This document shows positions 56,830-64,000 of a stretch of 64,000 nucleotides of DNA, piece by piece. Both the position numbers and the translations under genes were made by a program. Numbering within the stretch: the first letter of the stretch is position 1; each line of letters opens with the position of its first letter. The stretch covers positions 125,488,001 to 125,552,000 of the forward strand of contig OX597820.1 of assembly GCA_951406725.2 (NCBI GenBank), in the 5' to 3' direction. The DNA is from Octopus vulgaris. Lineage: Eukaryota. The notes beneath the pieces were generated by a model. The model saw nothing but the letters and a program-made list of their open reading frames with translations. It had not been told where the DNA came from and did no database searches.

Positions 56830-57324
56830 TTCTATATATAAATATTGAGAAAAAAGAAGCAGTTAGATGTTTGGATAATTCTTATTAACGCTTTCATTCG
56901 TTTTTCAAACTCGTCAAGAGAAAATCAAAATCAAAATGGTAAAAAAGAGAACGTTTTGTTGCTCATTTATATGAATCGGATGCATTTTTGATTTGCTTAG
57001 AAGAGGAGAATAGTGCTTTTCTTTATCGGAAAAAAGGAGAGTGAGAGAGATAAAAACAAAAGGGGAATATACAGAGAGAGAGAGAGAGAGAGAAGTTTCA
57101 GGACAATGAAGAATGGGAAATAATAACGGATGGGGACAAAGTAGATAGATAAATAGATTGATTGATTGATTGATTGATAGATAAATAGATACATACATAC
57201 ATGCATACATACATACATACATACATAGAGAGAGAGGTTTCTTTTCAATTTCATGCGATGAGTTCACTGAACTTTATTTCCAAAGAATTTTTCATTTTTC
57301 TTTCTCGTTTCTCTTTTCTTTCAA

Positions 57325-57493
57325 TACAGGTGATGTATTTTTGCATAATTACAAACTGTTAGGCAAGGAGAATAATTCAAGTGGGGTACGGACATGAATT
57401 TAGATTATTAAGGTTAGTGGTGTACTGGATAGCTTACGTAAAATAAAAAGAAAAGAAAACCCAAGCACCAACAAGGAAAAGCGGAAAATTCTA
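57325..57493 (+). repeat. ~165-bp direct repeat, copy 2
   Basis: See 54779-54942; preceded by a long polypyrimidine tract ending in CAG. Confidence 0.88.
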
Positions 57494-58458
57494 GTTTTTC
57501 ACAAGTGCTGGTGACCTTTCAAAGATGTCAATTTGAGGAGGTAGGATAGAAAAAAGTAAGAAGAAAAATAAAAATGGAATTCAAACTGCTATGAAAATGC
57601 ATATTCGTTTGAACATGTAACAGTCGAAAGACTAAACCCCCCAAAATAATATTTATAGACTTATTGGTTTCAATTTTAACGTATTGGATTACTAACCACA
57701 AGACTACATGTACATCTCAGTCTACTTGACTTCAAGCAATTAACACTTATAAATTGAACTGAATGCTTAAGAGTAAGAAAGATATCCAGGTTTCTTTAAA
57801 AATATTCTGAGAAAAATTATTTTTCAGAACAAAACACACATACTCTCCTCGCACACGCACACACACGCAGATACACACACTGGTGTATCTGTGCTAATTT
57901 GAGCTGCTACAAATAGCGACCAAGTCTCTCTTAAAACACACCCTTTCATCAAAGGAAAGACACAGATTCATAGTATTTCATGAAAACAGATATGTATGCG
58001 ATGGGTCAGCTACATCAGAGGCAACCCTGGGTTAAACAAAACACAGACAAACATACTTCACGTTAAAATATTATCTATTAGATAAAGGTAAAAACGTTGA
58101 TGGTATATCTTCGAAGTTTCAAACCCTAGTAAACGCCATGTATTTTAAACATTTTCTGCTGATGCCCTAAGACATGGAAATAGTTTTGGCAGAGTTGCCT
58201 TCCTTAGCTAAAGACCTCCAAATTGTGCGAACCGACCTCGTTTCTATTAAAAAAAAAATTATTCGGCAAAAATAAAAATTCATTTGGTTGCCGAAAGATT
58301 ACTGATCTTTTGATGAGTCATGCGTCAAAACCGACAACTCAGTTTTCATATCCACAAGGAACATGTGCACACACAAACACACACACACAAACTCTATATT
58401 ATGATATAACATAATAGGAATATATATATATGCATACACAAACGCACACACACACCAC

Positions 58459-58544
<86 letters not shown>

Positions 58545-58621
58545 ATATATATATGTATATATATATATGTATATATATGTATATATATGTATATATATAT
58601 GTATATGTATATATATATATG

Positions 58622-58668
<47 letters not shown>

Positions 58669-58737
58669 GTATGTATATATATATATATAGAGAGAGAGAG
58701 AGGCAGACAGACAGAGAGAAATGGAAAGATAGATAGT

Positions 58738-58783
<46 letters not shown>

Positions 58784-59607
58784 TAGATAGATAGATAGAT
58801 AGACAGAGAATCAGACAGATAGATATGCATACATACGCATTTGGCTCAAAACATCTAAATATCTATACAGTGCAATTACCCACCCGTAGTACACAAAACA
58901 CAGTATATCGCAGTATATTAACTTCAATACACATGTACATGATGAAATAAATGTTCAGAAATATGAAAATATTTGTGTAAATCAGTACAAAATATGCCTA
59001 GTCACAGATATAATTATAACTTTGCAGATATAGATATAATCAAATATATGCGTGTGCTGGAGTGTTTGTTAGTGTGTGTGTGTTTGCTACTATAGGACAA
59101 TATGCAATATGGTATAATGCATAGCTTTCGTTGAAATACGAAGGCTATGTTATCATGTTGATTGGTGTTACTAAAGAGGTAATTAATTTATAAATGTTAT
59201 TGATTATATAGGAAATAAAACAAAAGTGAAAGTAATTGTCTTTTAGTTTAATTGTTATTGCAAATAAACGAACGTCTGCGAACTGAAACTTGGAGCATAT
59301 TACAGATTTCTTGGAAAATGCTCTATTGAATTTTATTTGAATAGAAAAAGAAAGTTTGTGCAAAAGTTCTGCTTTTACATATACACCTACATGCATATAT
59401 GCACACATGAGGAAAAATACACAGAGAGACATGCAGGTATATATACACTTTCTGAATATATTCTCTCATAAACGGTGTTGCTTTCGAAAACAGAAACATC
59501 TTGATATGTGTATTTGTGTATTTATCCACAGCATATTTTATTTGCAGACATTTATGTGTAAAATTATATATATATATATATATATATACACTTATATATA
59601 TATACAT

Positions 59608-59791
<184 letters not shown>

Positions 59792-60477
59792 GTGTAAATG
59801 ATCTTGAATATAAATATTTACAAATGAAAATTACACACACGCAGGGACACATGCACGCGCTCATATGTGTATACACATACACATGTGCCAATATATATTG
59901 ATACAATATATGAAATAAATACACATGCAGGTAATCACATCTGTATATATATATAGGGCAATATTACTTCTTAATTCTAAGCATGTATGCCTATATGTGA
60001 GTGTGTGTGTCTGTTTGTGCGCATGTATGTATGTGTGTGTGTCTCTTTATGCCTGTATGAATGAGTGTTCAAATATATTTTAATGCATATTGTATCCTCC
60101 ACGATGTTTTCTGTAATTCTTTCCTTCTTTGATGTTATTTTCAATAAATTCTAACTGGTTTCCTTGTATAAGTTTTTCTTATATGATATATTCTCATGCA
60201 CAATACACTTTGTTATAAACTTGCAAAATCTGTAATATTAGTAGAGCTTCGTCATACTCACTGCGCTCTAAAAGAGAAAGCAGATTTATTGATTATATTT
60301 AAATGAATATATTCGAAATAGTCTATAAAATATTTTATATATTGCAATATTTAATATTTCATGCTGAATAGTCAGATATGAAGACCTCTAAGAAGGAGTT
60401 CATCTCAATTGTCTTCACTTCATCTTATTAACAAACTCTGTGTCCCGCGAACACCTTGAGTTAGGACATCAAAAATA

Positions 60478-61198
60478 CGAGGTGATATCAAAGACTTCCC
60501 GGAATACTTATATTTAATTTTTTTTAAATGACTTATTTACCTCAATTTTAATATAATCTCCTTCAAAATAGTAATTTTGTTCAGCAACATACTCGTCCCG
60601 ACGTACCTGTCCCTTTTTTAATCCAGCCTGGATGTATCGATAACGGTGTTAAACGCTGACCTTTGAGATGTATTTTCATCTTGGGGAAGGGATAGAAGTT
60701 CGCAGGTGGTAAATCTGATGAAAAGTGCGGGTTCGACCGAGCAACAACATCAACAAAATAGGTGATTGCCTCCCGACTATTCTCATGCACAGGCCCATGA
60801 ATTGTCTCCACGTGTCTGGGGTTGACGCTCGTGCCAGGTTTTCCAGATTGCTTTCTTTCTTCCTGGAACTTATTCTCCGTCTCACTTGAAACATCGCGTA
60901 CGACTCATTGCCTCGTTGCCGTAAGTTTGCCGATACGTGGCCAACGTTTCCCTTACAGACACCCCAAGTTTAAAGCAAAATTTCACATTGGCTCTTTCTT
61001 ACAACTTCCTGTTCATGGCAAATCTCGCCGACAACAGAACACGTATGATCACTAAATCACAAATTTCAAAAATTGCGAAGCAAACACAGCGATATCACTC
61101 ACGAAGGTAACTGGTAGCTCTCACTATGCACGCAACCGTGTGCTGCTGTCTGTTGGTGCGCTACAGAACAAGTCCGGGAACTTTTTGATACCAACTCG
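60478..61198 (-). mobile_element. Internally deleted mariner element
   Basis: TIRs CGAGGTGATATCAAAGACTTCCCGGA / TCCGGGAACTTTTTGATACCAACTCG with TA on both flanks. PHFSSDLPPANFYPFPKMKIHLKGQR resembles the mariner YSPDLAPxDFxLFPKLK motif. Confidence 0.88.
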
Positions 61199-61234
61199 TA
61201 ATAGCACCGATATAGATATATTATTTCAACTCGT

Positions 61235-61303
<69 letters not shown>

Positions 61304-61360
61304 AATACATACATATCTACACACACGAACTCGCTCACACACGCGTAGCTGCACACATGC

Positions 61361-62250
61361 ACAAAGCGGATGTCCTGAAATTAAGGTAACCGAAGATTCG
61401 GTTCTTAATTACTATCAATAAATGTTGTAAGATATGGGAATTATAGCATCATTAAATAAGTTTAGTAAGTTTAGTGTGTCTTCATTTTGTTTCAGCCTAA
61501 ATAAATTTAGATTTATAAATTAGCTGTGGACCGAAATACAAATATAACCCTCCACGAAGAAGGCGAAAGTAATACAGCTATGGCAAAAATGCTTAAATTT
61601 AACCTAACAGCATTCTGGAATATTGTCAGGAAATTTCAAGAGACTAGTTCCACTGCTGATGGACCTGGACGTGATAGGAAATTATGTGTGCGGACTTCTC
61701 AGCTTATCAAAATTATCTGTCAGAAAACTGGCTGACAAATAAAAAAAATGAAGCCGAACATCTATGCATCGAATAATGAAGGAGAATCTCAGGACCTACC
61801 TCCAGAAGATGATTCGCCCTCATGAACTCATGCAAGTTTATAAGTCCATGAGCCTGAAGCGAAGTCGTCTTATCCTGCGTGAAGTTGGTGAAGGTACACT
61901 GCCCAAACTGGTGTTCATTGATGTCAAGAAATTTGACATCGAGCAGACTACATCAACAGAATGACCGACCTTAGAGTATTTGTGATTCTGTCAATAGTAG
62001 ACTCCTAAACCAACATCAAAATCCATAGTCAATTATGGTCTGGGTTGCTATGACGACCTCTGGAAGGTCACCCCACGTTTTTGTGCCTAGGGTATTAAAA
62101 TTAACACCCATTGATAAATCAGGGACATTCTGTAAGCTGAACAGCTTTCATGGCCGAATGAGAACTTTCAAAGCGCACCTTGGTGCCTCCAACAAGCTAG
62201 GCTCCAAACTGACTCAGCACTGGATTTCGATAAATATTCCGTCGCTCACC
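61361..62250 (+). mobile_element. Decayed Tc1/mariner-superfamily (maT/DD37D-like) transposase, 3' truncated
   Basis: Consecutive frames: HTH-like GESNTAMAKMLK..WNIVRKFQETSSTADGPGRDRK, LVFIDVKKFDIEQ (cf. FSDEKKF), MVWVAMTTSGRSPHVFVP. Confidence 0.8.
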
Positions 62251-62252
62251 CG

Positions 62253-62315
<63 letters not shown>

Positions 62316-63240
62316 ACACTCACACATACAGTTTCGCAAATCTATAGACAGGTACTTGACAACGTTTAAACCGAAATTATACGGATAAAACCAAAGTATT
62401 CAGGGTTCCTCCCCCCCCCCATTTTTGAGGGGACGGTAAAGAAATTATCGACTGCTAAATAGTTAGATTCACATCACTTTTCTTTTCCAAAAGACGACGT
62501 TTCAAGTCAACATTGAAGTGAGCAATCTTATTAATGTTTTTTTTTATCGTTTCCAAAATTACAACCACTCCTTCATCTTTCGCAAAGTTAAAAAGACAGG
62601 GAAAGTGCAATCATTTTGTATCTTATCCATTTTGGTGTTGTATCCTGACATTACACTTCTGGGGAAAAAGAACTTTTCAAAATTTGTAATTGCTTATCAC
62701 TTTTTCGTCCTGCTTAATCATAAAGTTATGTACGGTAACTATTTTAATCTTCCGGATTTTTGGTTCTAGAATGATATGCTTGAAACATAGGAGAATGTGA
62801 TTCTACACGAAAATAAGGGCTAGCGTTAGGGGCTGGGTTTAGGATTTGATATTAGGATTAGTATTGTAGTTTGGATTTTAGAGATAAAATTAGGATTACC
62901 TGTTAGCACGTAGAATACAATTTTGTGTTCGGGAAAAGATTTTGTTTCGGCAGAAATTGAAAAGATATTCAAAAGATTTGAATTTTTGTGCAAATTATTA
63001 CAGAATTGAACTTGCATATGTTTGGACTTTAGATATTAAACAAAAATATTTTCTTAAAAGAAGGAAAGGAAAAGTGTCTACAGAGTTTTCTTAGTCCGAA
63101 ATTTCGTTAAGTGACTTTTTTTACGAAAACAATTACTATAAGTTAGGTAAAACGATTTGTAATGTTACTGTTTATAGCCTGAGCCATTAACTCGGTCAAC
63201 GGCGGGTAATTTAGCTAGTATACATACATACATACATACA

Positions 63241-63274
<34 letters not shown>

Positions 63275-63302
63275 CATATATATATACATACATACACACA
63301 TA

Positions 63303-63430
63303 TGTGGCAAGTAGTTGTTTACCAACCACATGGTTCTGGGTTCAGTCCTACCGCAAGTGTATTCTACTATAGACTCGGACCGACCAAAGCCTTCTGGATT
63401 TTGTAGACAGGAACTGAAAGAAGACCGTTG

Positions 63431-63467
<37 letters not shown>

Positions 63468-63490
63468 ATGTGTGTGTGTGGGTGTGTGTT

Positions 63491-63521
<31 letters not shown>

Positions 63522-63695
63522 CTTTGTCCCCGCACCATCGCTTGACAACCGATGCCGTTGTTTCCGTTCCCGTAAAAGAGACAGATAGAATAAGTACTAC
63601 GCTTACAACGAATAAGTCCTGGAGTCAATTTGTTCGACTAAAGGCGGTGCTCCAGCATGGCTGCATTCAAATGACTTAAATAAAAGAATAAAGAA
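63303..63695 (+). mobile_element. SINE family B, near full length
   Basis: tgtggcaagtag..accaaccacatggttctgggttcagtcc..gactaaaggcggtgctccagcatggctgcattcaaatgac. Confidence 0.88.
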
Positions 63696-64000
63696 AGGGA
63701 AAATATATATATATTTATAATTAAGGAGAACAGTGATGTGTATATCCTGTTTAATTCTGAAGTCAATAATACTATCGCCACGTCTAATTTTGGTTCGACT
63801 TGTATTTACTTCAGGAGGAATCTGAAAGGCAGCCTGAAGGAGCGGCAATTAACTCAAAACATGGACACGATTATGCAAAGGTTTGCAGTCTGCACTAAGT
63901 TGCAGCAGATTCATATGTAGCTACAGAAATGGAAAGACGTGATTGGAAATGGAAAGACTGGATACAGCTGGATATATAATCTATGTTTCCCTTAGTTATT

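Noticed and set aside
62820-62900. TTAGGG/TTAGGA-like degenerate hexamers
   Set aside because: Too few and too degenerate to call an interstitial telomeric array.

Overview
AT-rich, repeat-dominated eukaryotic genomic DNA, most likely an octopus (inferred from two abundant tRNA-headed SINE families resembling octopus SINEs and very high microsatellite density; not database-verified). Almost all listed ORFs are artefacts of (TA)n/(CA)n/(ACAT)n/(TAA)n repeats. Supportable content: one probable host exon encoding part of a CUB-like domain (27134-27299, +); three decayed R4/Dong-like RLE non-LTR retrotransposon fragments; an ORF1/gag-only (CCHC) retroelement relic; a short RTE-like fragment; four Tc1/mariner-superfamily relics; and about 20 SINE copies. 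The most interesting signal is invisible in the ORF track: about a dozen minimal type-I hammerhead-ribozyme (HHR)-like motifs from several sequence families. Most lie roughly 70-135 nt upstream of a (TA)n tract, often in outward-facing inverted (fold-back) pairs. They include apparent G3:C8 and U3:A8 compensatory core variants. This pattern points to non-autonomous, (TA)n-associated Penelope-like/retrozyme-type elements. All motifs were found and paired by eye; none has been folded or tested.
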